DNA of 64,000 nucleotides from an uncultured delta proteobacterium (GTDB lineage Bacteria; Desulfobacterota; Binatia; UBA9968): contig CAVYTU010000015.1 in the NCBI GenBank assembly GCA_963771465.1, positions 96,001-160,000 on the forward strand, given 5' to 3'. The notes below the pieces were generated by a model that was not told where the DNA came from, ran no database searches, and worked only from the letters and a program-made list of their open reading frames with translations. The number at the start of each line of letters is the position of its first letter. Position 1 is the stretch's first letter. The translations under genes and the position numbers were made by a program. Of this stretch, positions 49,429 through 59,226 are shown piece after piece.

Positions 49429-50838
49429 TCACTTCGCCAGTTCTTTTTGGACGTAGCCGATCAATTCGGCAATCACGCTAGTATACAACTCGCGGCTCTC
49501 CCGGCTGCGTAAAGCGCTGTGTAGCGGCAGCTCGATGTGAAAGCTTTGGCGCGCCAAGCCCAGAATGCCACGGTACTTGGCTGGCCATGCGCCGATCTCG
49601 ATCTGATCGAAAGGCTCGATCAGCAGGTCAACTGGATCGGTGCCGATGGTATCGATCAACAGCCGGTCTCGGATGCGCTTGTAAGCCTCTTTGATCCGCA
49701 ACGCCTGTCGAGCGTCAACTCCAACCGTCGCCACCTGAATTGTCGTGTCGTAGCCATATTGATGCACGTCGAAATGAAGTCGAAGATTGCCGCCCGCCGC
49801 ATCCAGGGCTGTTTTTTTGAACGCTGTAAAAATTTCTCGTGAACGCGAGCTACTCACTTCGAAGTCCGGCGTTAGGTAGCTTTTTTCCGTCGGACGATTG
49901 ACGTTGATACGCCAACCGCCGGCTTCCGTCGGACTAAAACCGCGCGCAATCACGGTTGCCAATCCGGTGCGATATCCCAACTGCTCGACGATCTCAGCCG
50001 TGTATTCATCGTAAGTGCCATGCGGCGCGCCAATGACAACCCCAGTGATGCCTTTGCGTGATCGGATCAAGTCCAATCGTCCAAAGTCCATGACTGTTAC
50101 TTCTATCTGAGGCCGCTGCCGAGAGTTATCGCGCGTGATCCGTTCGACAGCTTTCACCCAGGCCGTGAGAATCTCCCCGTAAACGCCCAAATTAGCCCCA
50201 GAGAGAAGTTTTTCAGGGACACTGAGACTCAGGCCCTTCTCGGCAACCAATAACACTCCATGATGCTTTAACCCTGATCCAGGCCAACTTATCGCCGAGA
50301 GCGGATCAAGCGATATCGACATTTTGCCGATAGCTTTCGAATCGATGACTCGGTCACGGATGTCGAGGTAGGATTGCTTGATTTGCTCAACTTCTTCAAT
50401 GCTAAATCCGCTTGTCACGACCTGCAAGCCTTCACTCGCGCCAGCGGGACGTTGACGGACACCTACATAGAAATCGATATCTAATTGGGTAATACGCCGG
50501 AGAATTTGTTTGAACTCTGCGAAAACGCTGCGCGGCTGCGCGAGATCGCTAAACACCGGCAGGTACGGATGGGATCGAATGAGCGGTCGTTCAACGCTAA
50601 CTTGCCTCGACTTAAACCCATACGCCGCGACAAACCCTACCCCCATGCGCTCGCTGATTTGACGAGCTAAAGCGACCGTCGCTGGTGCACTGCCACCATG
50701 GGGGGCACCGACAACCATCCCTTTCATCCCAGGCTCGGGCTCACGGTATTCAAAGTAGCCGAGACCGTCGACCTCGTAACGCGTTGTCGGAAAATTAGTC
50801 GCGCAGCCGACGAGCAATGCAAGGAAAGTGAGCACCAA
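49429..50838 (-). CDS. Lipoprotein with two tandem APHG-containing hydrolase-like domains
   Basis: Lipobox LVGC; GMVVGAPHG...SVERP and GVVIGAPHG...NVNRP...DVH...HIELP. Confidence 0.65.
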   Translation of the reverse strand: MVLTFLALLVGCATNFPTTRYEVDGLGYFEYREPEPGMKGMVVGAPHGGSAPATVALARQISERMGVGFVAAYGFKSRQVSVERPLIRSHPYLPVFSDLAQPRSVFAEFKQILRRITQLDIDFYVGVRQRPAGASEGLQVVTSGFSIEEVEQIKQSYLDIRDRVIDSKAIGKMSISLDPLSAISWPGSGLKHHGVLLVAEKGLSLSVPEKLLSGANLGVYGEILTAWVKAVERITRDNSRQRPQIEVTVMDFGRLDLIRSRKGITGVVIGAPHGTYDEYTAEIVEQLGYRTGLATVIARGFSPTEAGGWRINVNRPTEKSYLTPDFEVSSSRSREIFTAFKKTALDAAGGNLRLHFDVHQYGYDTTIQVATVGVDARQALRIKEAYKRIRDRLLIDTIGTDPVDLLIEPFDQIEIGAWPAKYRGILGLARQSFHIELPLHSALRSRESRELYTSVIAELIGYVQKELAK

Positions 50839-50916
50839 CAGGATTTTGAGTCACCAATCGCTCAAAAAAGCGGGATTTGTCATGCAAGGGAACTGCGGTC
50901 ACCAAACCCAAAAATA

Positions 50917-50954
50917 GAAAGAGGGGGAAGCCATTTCTGACTCCCCCCTCTTTC
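50917..50954 (-). terminator. Intrinsic terminator after the porin gene
   Basis: GAAAGAGGGGG...CCCCCTCTTTC stem followed on the minus strand by T-rich sequence. Confidence 0.7.
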
Positions 50955-50973
50955 GTTATGGCCTAAGTTTTGA

Positions 50974-52524
50974 CTAGAACTGAAAACGCCAGTTCAAGAA
51001 CACATCCACCCAATCGCCGCTTATGCCGTTGCGGCAACCGGTGGCGTTGGTCACGTTCGGCGTGTTGCAGATACCTAAGTTGTGCGCCGCCTGGTTAGCG
51101 CCGTTACGCAGGTTCGAAGCAGCGTACCACAGCACGTTGACGCCGACGTTCATGCGCGGCGCCAACACGTACCATAAATCCCACTCTCTGAGCAGCATCG
51201 TGTTGCGGTGGAATTGAGTTAGGTGGCCAATGTTTGTTGCACCACTTCCGGTAAGTGCTAGCGCGGTGCACGGGATTCCGCTTGAGCCAGCGCAGCCCAA
51301 CGACATATCGACCCGCTCGAAGTGCGTGCCTAATAAAATCGAACCGGGTTCCGTAGAAGATCCGGTCAAAAAGCCCTTTGGGCTCCACAGATATAAGTCA
51401 TGCCCGATCAGGAAACTATGCGCGCTTTTCTTTCCTCTGAATCCACCACGGTCTTCGCTGGTCTGAAAATGAGCCATGGCACGAAGTGTGTAGGGACCGA
51501 CGTTCCATACTAGGCCAGGACCATGTGATACATGTAACCCGTCACCGATGCTGCCGGCGCCGGTGCCGAACAACGTCTGGCGCCCGCCGTCCCCATGATC
51601 TTGCACCCGGTATTGGTCACAGCCATTACCGGCGGAACGATTATCCGCGTTGCAAAACCAGGCGCCATATTCAAACGTCAAGCCGCTGATCCATTTGTTC
51701 TTCACCTGTGAGAACGGCATTAGGCTTAGGTAAGCATTGAAGTCTTTGCGGTCGGTGTTGCTCTGTAGACCATCGTCGCCTTCGGCAAACGACGCCATGC
51801 CGAACTGGAACCGGCCGATGCGGCCGGGAATGCCGATGCCTGAAAGCGAACGATCATCCCAGTTGAGGATAATACCGCTGCCCGCGCGACCGGTGTTGAA
51901 ACCGTTATTGCGGGTGTGCAAATCGTACTCGGCCTGGGCGCCGACGTTGCCGGAACCTTGGCGCGCTAAACTGCCGCCCGAAGCGCCTGACACTTCCATG
52001 CCGAACTGCACGGTTGGCATCCACGGGTGCAACTGTTCCGCGTGAAACTGTACCGCGGCGCGCTGTAGGACCGAACCGACGCCAGTGCCTTGAGCGTTCT
52101 TACCGTTACCGGTGCCCCAGCCATCTAAATCGAGCGTCGACTCGATCTCCCACAAACAGTTATTGACGCAGAAGATAACTCCCGGTCTAAAACGCCGCCC
52201 CATCAACTCACCCTGGGACCGACCGATCTGGTCGCGTCCGCTCTCGAACAGATAGCGGAAGTGCGTCTCGAGGGTATGCCTAAGTCCCCACGACTTATCA
52301 GCGGCTTCAATTAACAAACCGTTGCCCGGACGAAAACTAAACGATGGCATCGCTGCGGCTGCCGCCGTCGCCTCTTTCTTGAGCTCGATCTGCTGCTCTT
52401 TTAACTGCATCAGCTCCTGCTCGAGCGTCTTGATCTTGTCATCGATCGACTGCGCTCGAACCGTCCCCGCAGCTAAAAGAAAGGCGACGAGCATGCTCGC
52501 CAACCACAAACCTTTCTTAATCAT
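50974..52524 (-). CDS. Outer-membrane beta-barrel porin with N-terminal coiled coil
   Basis: Signal peptide, IDDKIKTLEQELMQLKEQQ coil, amphipathic strands, C-terminal WRFQF. Confidence 0.75.
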   Translation of the reverse strand: MIKKGLWLASMLVAFLLAAGTVRAQSIDDKIKTLEQELMQLKEQQIELKKEATAAAAAMPSFSFRPGNGLLIEAADKSWGLRHTLETHFRYLFESGRDQIGRSQGELMGRRFRPGVIFCVNNCLWEIESTLDLDGWGTGNGKNAQGTGVGSVLQRAAVQFHAEQLHPWMPTVQFGMEVSGASGGSLARQGSGNVGAQAEYDLHTRNNGFNTGRAGSGIILNWDDRSLSGIGIPGRIGRFQFGMASFAEGDDGLQSNTDRKDFNAYLSLMPFSQVKNKWISGLTFEYGAWFCNADNRSAGNGCDQYRVQDHGDGGRQTLFGTGAGSIGDGLHVSHGPGLVWNVGPYTLRAMAHFQTSEDRGGFRGKKSAHSFLIGHDLYLWSPKGFLTGSSTEPGSILLGTHFERVDMSLGCAGSSGIPCTALALTGSGATNIGHLTQFHRNTMLLREWDLWYVLAPRMNVGVNVLWYAASNLRNGANQAAHNLGICNTPNVTNATGCRNGISGDWVDVFLNWRFQF

Positions 52525-52823
52525 CGGTGCCTCCTATCATCTCCCTCTAGACTCTCGTTTATGCCATGGGTAACTATTTTCGCTGGTTTTAGACCCGCAA
52601 TCATTTTGTGTCAAGGAAAAACTAGTCATTAATGGAACTTTTGTCAGCCGACAATAGTCTAAGTAAAATTTTAGAGCCAAAATTTCCCAATTAATAGTCC
52701 GACCGACGCAAGCTAAGTATCTGAAACACCAGGCTTTTCGTCTTCACAGCTCTTATTAAACCGCACCAAACACCCAACTCAGCTTGTAGACTCTTTCCTG
52801 CTTCAGTAGAGTTTAAGATCATT

Positions 52824-53585
52824 ATGCTCGCTAAACGCATCATTCCCTGCCTCGATGTCAAAGCCGGGCGGGTCGTTAAAGGAGTAAAATTCCTTGAGTT
52901 ACGTGACGCCGGTGATCCCGTGCAGGTCGCCCGCTTTTACGATCGCGAAGGCGCCGACGAGCTCTGCTTTCTCGACATCACCGCATCCCATGAAAACCGC
53001 AGCATCATTCTCGATGTCGTGGCGCGAACCGCCGAGCAGGTTTTCATGCCGCTCACGGTCGGCGGCGGCATTAACAAAACTGAAGACATTCGTGCTCTCC
53101 TCAAAGCTGGCGCCGACAAAGTTTCGATCAATACCGGTGCCGTCAATCGTCCCGACTTCGTCCGCGAGGCCGCGGAAATGTTCGGCAGCCAGTGCATCGT
53201 CGTCGCCATCGACGCCAAGCGCGTCGACCAACACTGGGAGGTCTTCACCCATGGCGGACGAAATCCGACCGGGATCGATGCCTGTGAATGGGCTGAGCGG
53301 ATGGAAAAATACGGCGCCGGGGAAATCTTGCTCACCAGCATGGACCGCGACGGAACCAAGACGGGCTACGACATCGCTCTCACCCGCGCGATCTCAGATC
53401 GTGTCGGCGTACCAGTGATTGCGTCTGGGGGAGTCGGAAACCTAGAAGATATTTACCAAGGCCTGACGGACGGCAATGCCAGCGCGGCGCTCGCCGCGTC
53501 GATTTTTCATTTCCAAGAGTATACCATCGCCGAGTGCAAAAATTATTTGCACAGCCGCGGCGTCGCCGTGCGCCCGGTGCGTTGA
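52824..53585 (+). CDS. hisF: Imidazole glycerol phosphate synthase cyclase subunit
   Basis: [36 protein letters not shown]. Confidence 0.97.
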   Translation: MLAKRIIPCLDVKAGRVVKGVKFLELRDAGDPVQVARFYDREGADELCFLDITASHENRSIILDVVARTAEQVFMPLTVGGGINKTEDIRALLKAGADKVSINTGAVNRPDFVREAAEMFGSQCIVVAIDAKRVDQHWEVFTHGGRNPTGIDACEWAERMEKYGAGEILLTSMDRDGTKTGYDIALTRAISDRVGVPVIASGGVGNLEDIYQGLTDGNASAALAASIFHFQEYTIAECKNYLHSRGVAVRPVR

Positions 53586-53673
53586 GTCGGCGCTAGGTGA
53601 CGGACAAATCCTCGTCAGTATCTAGAATCGTTAAAGCGGCGCCTTGCGCGTACGGTGTGCAAGAATCTAACAA

Positions 53674-54885
53674 CTAACTAGCATTCGACGCCGCCACAAC
53701 CGCGCGTTTGCGTGGCGGATCGAAAAACGGGGTTTTGACGACTGTCACACTTGTCGTTCGCCGCGAGTACTGGATCAGAACTTCCATGTCGAGCAAGCTA
53801 CCCAGTTCCGTAAAAGGCTTCTCGAGGGTCGCCAGCGCGAGGTATTTTTTTAACGTCGGCGACCAAGCGCCGGTCGTCGCGTGTCCGATCTGCCGCTCAT
53901 CTTTGAAAACTGGTACGCCGCCGCGCCAAGCGGCGAGCGGAAAATGCGGCGCCAAGCCGGCCTGTTTGTATAGATATTCGTAGTCGTTGAGATTAATTTC
54001 GATTCCGACGATTTGGCGCGGCGGTCCGATTTCGTTCATCTCGCGCAGCGCTTTGGCGCCGATAAAATGATCTTTGTGCAAGTCCACCGTCCAGCCCAGA
54101 CCGATGTCAAAAGGCGAATATCGCTGCGTCGGTATCACCGCCTTCTCGGCGCCGATGTAGTCGACTTCTAACAGGATAAAACCGGCCTCCAAGCGCGCCA
54201 CGTCGAGCGCCAAAAGTCCTGCGGCTTTGATGCCATAGGCGTCGCCCTTTTCCATCAACACATCCCAAACACGCGCCGCATGTTCCGCACCGAACCAAAG
54301 CTCATAACCGAGGTCGCCGGTGTAGCCCGTGCGCGAAACAATAACCGGGATGTCGAGAATTTTCCCCGACGTGAGGCGAAAAAATCGTAACTGGCCTAAC
54401 GGCACATCGACGATCTGTTCGAGAATCTTTAGCGCGTTGGGCCCTTGGAGCGCGAGCGCGGCGATCTGTTCAGAAACTTCCTGAATCGATAGATCCAAGC
54501 CGATCGAATTGAGCTTCAGCCAGCGAAAACTCGGGTCAGCGAGATGGAAGCGGAAATGGTCCTCGGCGAGGCGAAACACCGTGCCGTCTTGAATCACCGC
54601 GCCGTCATTTTCGCAAAGACAGCCGTAGAGAGCTTGTCCCACACCGCACTTGGCCGCGTTGCGCGTGATCACGCGGTCGACCAGTTTCGCCGCATCCCTA
54701 CCGCGTACGTTGTATTTGTATAGCGGCGAGATATCGATCAGGCCGGCGCTGTTGCGAATCGCGTGATACTCGTAATCATGCATCACGTCGTAGGAGCTGG
54801 CGACGAAGTAGCCCGACCAGGTGCGCCAATTTTGACTGGCGCACAGCGCTGCGGTTCGCGAATGAAATGGCGTTCCGATCGGCAT
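53674..54885 (-). CDS. GcvT-like folate-binding aminomethyltransferase family protein
   Basis: EYHAIRNSAGLIDISPL, LALQGP, SRTGYTGDLGYE, ARLEAG, PFFDP. Confidence 0.88.
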   Translation of the reverse strand: MPIGTPFHSRTAALCASQNWRTWSGYFVASSYDVMHDYEYHAIRNSAGLIDISPLYKYNVRGRDAAKLVDRVITRNAAKCGVGQALYGCLCENDGAVIQDGTVFRLAEDHFRFHLADPSFRWLKLNSIGLDLSIQEVSEQIAALALQGPNALKILEQIVDVPLGQLRFFRLTSGKILDIPVIVSRTGYTGDLGYELWFGAEHAARVWDVLMEKGDAYGIKAAGLLALDVARLEAGFILLEVDYIGAEKAVIPTQRYSPFDIGLGWTVDLHKDHFIGAKALREMNEIGPPRQIVGIEINLNDYEYLYKQAGLAPHFPLAAWRGGVPVFKDERQIGHATTGAWSPTLKKYLALATLEKPFTELGSLLDMEVLIQYSRRTTSVTVVKTPFFDPPRKRAVVAASNAS

Positions 54886-54994
54886 TACTAATTTGGATTT
54901 CCCAATTTAAATTTTGGCTTCACAGAATCATTACCTGCCACATTGACTTGAGGCAAGAAATTACCAAATATGCTGCCTTAAGCAAATCACCGCA

Positions 54995-56584
54995 ATGCAA
55001 ACCTACGACGCGATTATCATCGGCGCCGGCCACAATGGTCTGACGAGCGCCGCCTATCTAGCCAAGGCCGGCAAAAAAGTTCTCGTCCTCGAACGGCGCC
55101 ATGTGCTCGGCGGCGCGGCGGTCACGGAAGAAATTTATCCCGGTTTTAAATATTCCGTGTGTTCTTACGTCGTCAGTCTGCTCCGACCCGAAGTCATCCG
55201 CGAGCTTGAGCTGCCCAAATACGATCTCGAAATCATTCCCCTCGACAGCACGTTTACGCCGATGCCCGACGGCGACTATCTTTTTCGCTGCGGCGATCAC
55301 GCCAGAACCCGCCGCGAGATCGCGCGCCACTCGGTGGCCGACGCCGAAGCCTACGATCAGTACGGCCAGCTGATGGTACAGATGGCGATGGCGGTAAAAC
55401 CCATGCTCGGCATGATTCCGCCCGAGCCGACGACCTGGAATCCTAAAGATCTTTTTCGCCTCGCCACCGTCGGCAATCACTTTCGCGGCCTCGGCGAGAA
55501 ACTCTTGTACGATCTCACCAAGCTCATGACCATGAGCTCCGCCGACTTTCTCGACGAGTGGTTCGAGACCGATGTGCTCAAAGCAACCATGTCGGCGAGC
55601 GGTATCATCGGCACCTTCATGGGACCGCGCTCGCCGGGAACGGCTTACGTGCTGTTGCACCATTATATGGGCGAGCTCGACGGTGCGTTTCGCTCTTGGG
55701 GTTTTGCCCGTGGCGGCACCGGCTCGATCAGCCGCGTGATCGCCGAGGCGGCGCGCCACCATGGCGCGGAGATAAGAACCGAAGCGCCGGTCGATCAGGT
55801 GCTGATCAAAAACGGCCGGGCACACGGCGTCGTGCTTCAATCCGGCGAAGAAATCCAAGCCAAAGTCATCGTCTCCGGCGTCGATCCGAAAAGAACATTT
55901 TTAAAAATGATCGACAGCCAACATCTCGATGCGCCGTTCATAAAGCAGATCCAGGATTTTAAGATCCGCGGCTCATCAGCGAAAGTGAACCTGTCGCTGG
56001 ACGGCTTACCCAATTTCACCAGCATGCCCGGTAACGGCCCGCACTTGGCCGGCGCGATGTCGATCAGCCCGAGCCTGGACTACATTGAGCGCGCCTATGA
56101 CGACGCCAAGTACGGCGATTTCTCGCGCCATCCGTACATGGATATCATTTTGCCCTCCATGCTCGATCCGTCCATGGCGCCGCCGGGAAAACATGTGATG
56201 TCGATCTTCGTCCAGTACGCGCCCTATCATTTAAAAAACGGAACGTGGCCGGAGAAACGCGAAGCGCTCGGCGACGCCGTCATCGAGACCATCTCGGAAT
56301 ACGCGCCGAATCTGAAAAATCTCATTCTCCATCGCCAGGTCGTGACGCCGTGGGACTTGGAGCAAGAGTTCGGGCTTACCGAAGGAAATATTTTTCAAGG
56401 TGAGTTGACCCTCGACCAACTGTTCTTTCTCCGCCCGGTGGCGGGTTGGGCGAAATACCGCACGCCGATTCAGAATCTTTATATGTGCGGCGCCTGCACC
56501 CACCCGGGTGGCGGCGTGATGGCCGCGTCGGGAAGATTGGCCGCCCTGGAAATTTTGAAAGACACGCAAAGGAGCTTTCGCTAA
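54995..56584 (+). CDS. Phytoene dehydrogenase-like (PYROXD2-type) FAD oxidoreductase 1
   Basis: IIGAGHNGL, LERR..LGGA, GNIFQGEL, YRTPI.NLYMCGACTHPGGGV. Confidence 0.88.
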   Translation: MQTYDAIIIGAGHNGLTSAAYLAKAGKKVLVLERRHVLGGAAVTEEIYPGFKYSVCSYVVSLLRPEVIRELELPKYDLEIIPLDSTFTPMPDGDYLFRCGDHARTRREIARHSVADAEAYDQYGQLMVQMAMAVKPMLGMIPPEPTTWNPKDLFRLATVGNHFRGLGEKLLYDLTKLMTMSSADFLDEWFETDVLKATMSASGIIGTFMGPRSPGTAYVLLHHYMGELDGAFRSWGFARGGTGSISRVIAEAARHHGAEIRTEAPVDQVLIKNGRAHGVVLQSGEEIQAKVIVSGVDPKRTFLKMIDSQHLDAPFIKQIQDFKIRGSSAKVNLSLDGLPNFTSMPGNGPHLAGAMSISPSLDYIERAYDDAKYGDFSRHPYMDIILPSMLDPSMAPPGKHVMSIFVQYAPYHLKNGTWPEKREALGDAVIETISEYAPNLKNLILHRQVVTPWDLEQEFGLTEGNIFQGELTLDQLFFLRPVAGWAKYRTPIQNLYMCGACTHPGGGVMAASGRLAALEILKDTQRSFR

Positions 56585-56589
56585 TCGCC

Positions 56590-58179
56590 GTGGCAAAATA
56601 CGACGCGATCGTCATTGGCGCCGGCCACAATGGCTTGGTGACGGCGGCCTATCTCGCCAAGGCCGGCAAAAAAGTTCTAGTTCTGGAGCGCCGCCCCGTG
56701 ATTGGCGGTATTGCCGCCAGCGAAGAAATTTTTGCCGGATTTAAGTACGCCACCTGCGCACATCTGGCCGGCTCCTTCGTCGCCGCGATCGTCACTGAAC
56801 TGAATCTCCAAAAGCATGGACTGGAAATTCTCCCGCTCGATCCGCTGATCTTCGCGCCGAGTTTAAACGACAAACCCCTCTTCATTCCACGCGATCCAAA
56901 TAAAGCGATCGAAGAAATCCGCCGCCATTCGTCGCGCGACGCCGAGAAGTTTACCGAGTTTTGTTCACTCACTAAAAAACTATCCGAATTTCTCTTTACC
57001 CTTTACTCCTTACCTCTTCCCGATCGCGCCACGCGCGGAGAATTGAACCCGATGGCGCTAGTCAAAGCAGTGTGGAAGTTTCACCGCCTGGGCAAGAGGG
57101 ACATGTACGAATTTCTCCGCTTCCTGCCCATGGGCATGGCCGACTTGCTCAATGAATGGTTCGAGAACGAAGCGCTTAGAGCCGCCATCGCCGCCAGCAG
57201 CATGCTCGGCTCCTTTGTCGGGCCGCGCCAACAAGGTACGGTTTACAATTTTCTCTACCATCAGCTCGGCGCCGGAACCGGCGCTTTTCGCGCCGCCGGC
57301 TTTGTCCGCGGCGGCATGAGCGCCATTCCACATGCGCTATCACTCGCAGCCCAACAACATGGCGCCGAGATCCGCACCGGCGCCGAGGTCGTAACGGTCA
57401 CCACCAAAAGCGGTGCGGCAACCGGCGTTGTGCTCGCCAATGGAACCGAGTTCGCGGCCGACAGAATAATTTCCAGTGTCGACGTCAAAAAAACATTTCT
57501 AAAACTGGTCGAGCCGACTTACGTCGATCCGCTATTTTTGCTCCAGGTGAAAAATATTCGCGCCCGCGGCACGGTGGCGAAAGTGAATCTGGCGCTGGAC
57601 GCCCTGCCGAATTTTAGATCGTCCACGGGCCAAGCGGCCGAGCTCGGCGGCGTCATCCACGTTGGCCCGACAACGGAATATCTAGAGCGTGCAGCCGACG
57701 ACGCCAAATACGGCCGCTTCTCCCAAGCGCCGTTTTTGGAAATCACGCTGCCATCGATCGGCGATCCGTCGTTGGCTCCAGCCGGCAAGCACGTGATGTC
57801 GGTCTGGATGCAGTCGGCGCCCTATCATTTGCGAGACGGCAATTGGAATAAGCAGCGCGACGCTGTTGGTGAAACGGTGGTGAAGGTGATTGAAGAGCAC
57901 GCGCCGGGCTTTAAAAACTCGATTCTGCACCGCCAAGTTTTAACCCCGCTCGATCTCGAACAGACCTATGGTTTGACCGAAGGCCATCTCTACCACGCCG
58001 AGTTGGCGCTCGATCAGATTTTTTTCATGCGTCCCGTCCCCGGCTGGTCGCGCTACCACACGCCGATCGACAATCTCTATCTTTGCGGCTCGGGCACTCA
58101 TCCCGGTGGCGGTGTAACCGGGCTGCCGGGCTACTACGCCGCCAAAGAAATTCTCAAGAGATCAAAGCGCAAAAGCTAA
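56590..58179 (+). CDS. Phytoene dehydrogenase-like (PYROXD2-type) FAD oxidoreductase 2
   Basis: GTG start 56590; IGAGHNGL...NLYLCGSGTHPGGGVTG. Confidence 0.88.
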   Translation: MAKYDAIVIGAGHNGLVTAAYLAKAGKKVLVLERRPVIGGIAASEEIFAGFKYATCAHLAGSFVAAIVTELNLQKHGLEILPLDPLIFAPSLNDKPLFIPRDPNKAIEEIRRHSSRDAEKFTEFCSLTKKLSEFLFTLYSLPLPDRATRGELNPMALVKAVWKFHRLGKRDMYEFLRFLPMGMADLLNEWFENEALRAAIAASSMLGSFVGPRQQGTVYNFLYHQLGAGTGAFRAAGFVRGGMSAIPHALSLAAQQHGAEIRTGAEVVTVTTKSGAATGVVLANGTEFAADRIISSVDVKKTFLKLVEPTYVDPLFLLQVKNIRARGTVAKVNLALDALPNFRSSTGQAAELGGVIHVGPTTEYLERAADDAKYGRFSQAPFLEITLPSIGDPSLAPAGKHVMSVWMQSAPYHLRDGNWNKQRDAVGETVVKVIEEHAPGFKNSILHRQVLTPLDLEQTYGLTEGHLYHAELALDQIFFMRPVPGWSRYHTPIDNLYLCGSGTHPGGGVTGLPGYYAAKEILKRSKRKS

Positions 58180-58245
58180 CAGCGCCTGGGATTTGCGGGC
58201 CGTCCGTGATAGACGGAAAGCAAATTTATCAGAAGGTCCAATTGG

Positions 58246-59226
58246 ATGAAACTTTATCTCGCCCTTCTCGAAAGCTCATATCCCGAACAGACTAGAATCT
58301 TCGCCGAGATTGACGGCAAACTCATCGATCTAAACCTCGCCTACGCTGCCATTCTCTCCCGGACGGCCAATCATGCCAGCGCCTATGATCTCGCCACATA
58401 TTATTTTCCGCCAACGCTCGCGGCGTATCTCGAACGCGGCGAGCCGGCGAGAAAAGCGTTGGACGAGGTCGCTCAGTTGGCGCGCCGAGGCGGCGCCGGC
58501 GATTTACGCGGTCCGGCCGGCGAGAAGGTCGCTTACGATGCCAAAGAAGTTCACCTGCTGCCGCCGTTGCAAAATCCCGAGAAAAGCTTCGTCATCGGCT
58601 TTTCGGACCGCGCGAGGGTCGAAGCCTTGCCGCAAGCGGAAATCCCTACGGGATTTTACAAGCTGCCGCAAACCTTCGTGACCGACGGCGCAGCCATCGT
58701 TTGGCCCAAATTTTCCAATGAAGTGGACGCCGATGGCTGCTTGGCGATCGTCATCGGCAAGGCCGGCAAAAGAATCGCGCCGGAAAATGCTTGGGATCAT
58801 GTCGCCGGCGCAACGTTGATGGTCGACATCACCGCCCGGGACGTCAATAAACGCGAAGGGCTTACGACCAACAACCTGCTCGGCAAAAATTTCCCTTCGA
58901 GCACTTGCCTCGGCCCAGCGCTGCTCGTTGGAAGTCATCGAAACGATTTCGAAGCGTTGGCAGTCGAGCTAACGCTCGATGGCGTGGTGAAGCAGAAGTT
59001 TTCCTTGCGTGATTGCGTTTTTACAGTCGAGCAAATCATCGCGCGCTGGTCGATCCTCGGCATCAAGCCGGGCGACTGGCTCGCCATCGGTGCCAGCATG
59101 GCACTCAAAAACGACCGGCTGCAAAATCCCGTGCCGCTCAAAATCGGCTCGACCCTTCGTTGCGCGTCGCCGGTTCTCGGCGAGCTCACTCATCGAGTCG
59201 TCGCCGCCGGAGGAATAACCCGATGA
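58246..59226 (+). CDS. Fumarylacetoacetate hydrolase-family protein, degenerate active site
   Basis: FYKLP, LAIVIGK, DITARD, GKNFP; EVDADGC replaces DYEVEL and IGAS replaces TGTP. Confidence 0.75.
   Translation: MKLYLALLESSYPEQTRIFAEIDGKLIDLNLAYAAILSRTANHASAYDLATYYFPPTLAAYLERGEPARKALDEVAQLARRGGAGDLRGPAGEKVAYDAKEVHLLPPLQNPEKSFVIGFSDRARVEALPQAEIPTGFYKLPQTFVTDGAAIVWPKFSNEVDADGCLAIVIGKAGKRIAPENAWDHVAGATLMVDITARDVNKREGLTTNNLLGKNFPSSTCLGPALLVGSHRNDFEALAVELTLDGVVKQKFSLRDCVFTVEQIIARWSILGIKPGDWLAIGASMALKNDRLQNPVPLKIGSTLRCASPVLGELTHRVVAAGGITR

Noticed and set aside
56446-56589. Extended N-termini in the ORF track (also 16916, 25925, 59013, 61099 starts)
   Set aside because: They overlap upstream genes; downstream starts fit RBS position, coupling and family N-termini
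54995-58179. Carotenoid biosynthesis (crtI) cluster
   Set aside because: No crtB, crtE or crtY; motifs fit the PYROXD2-like subgroup
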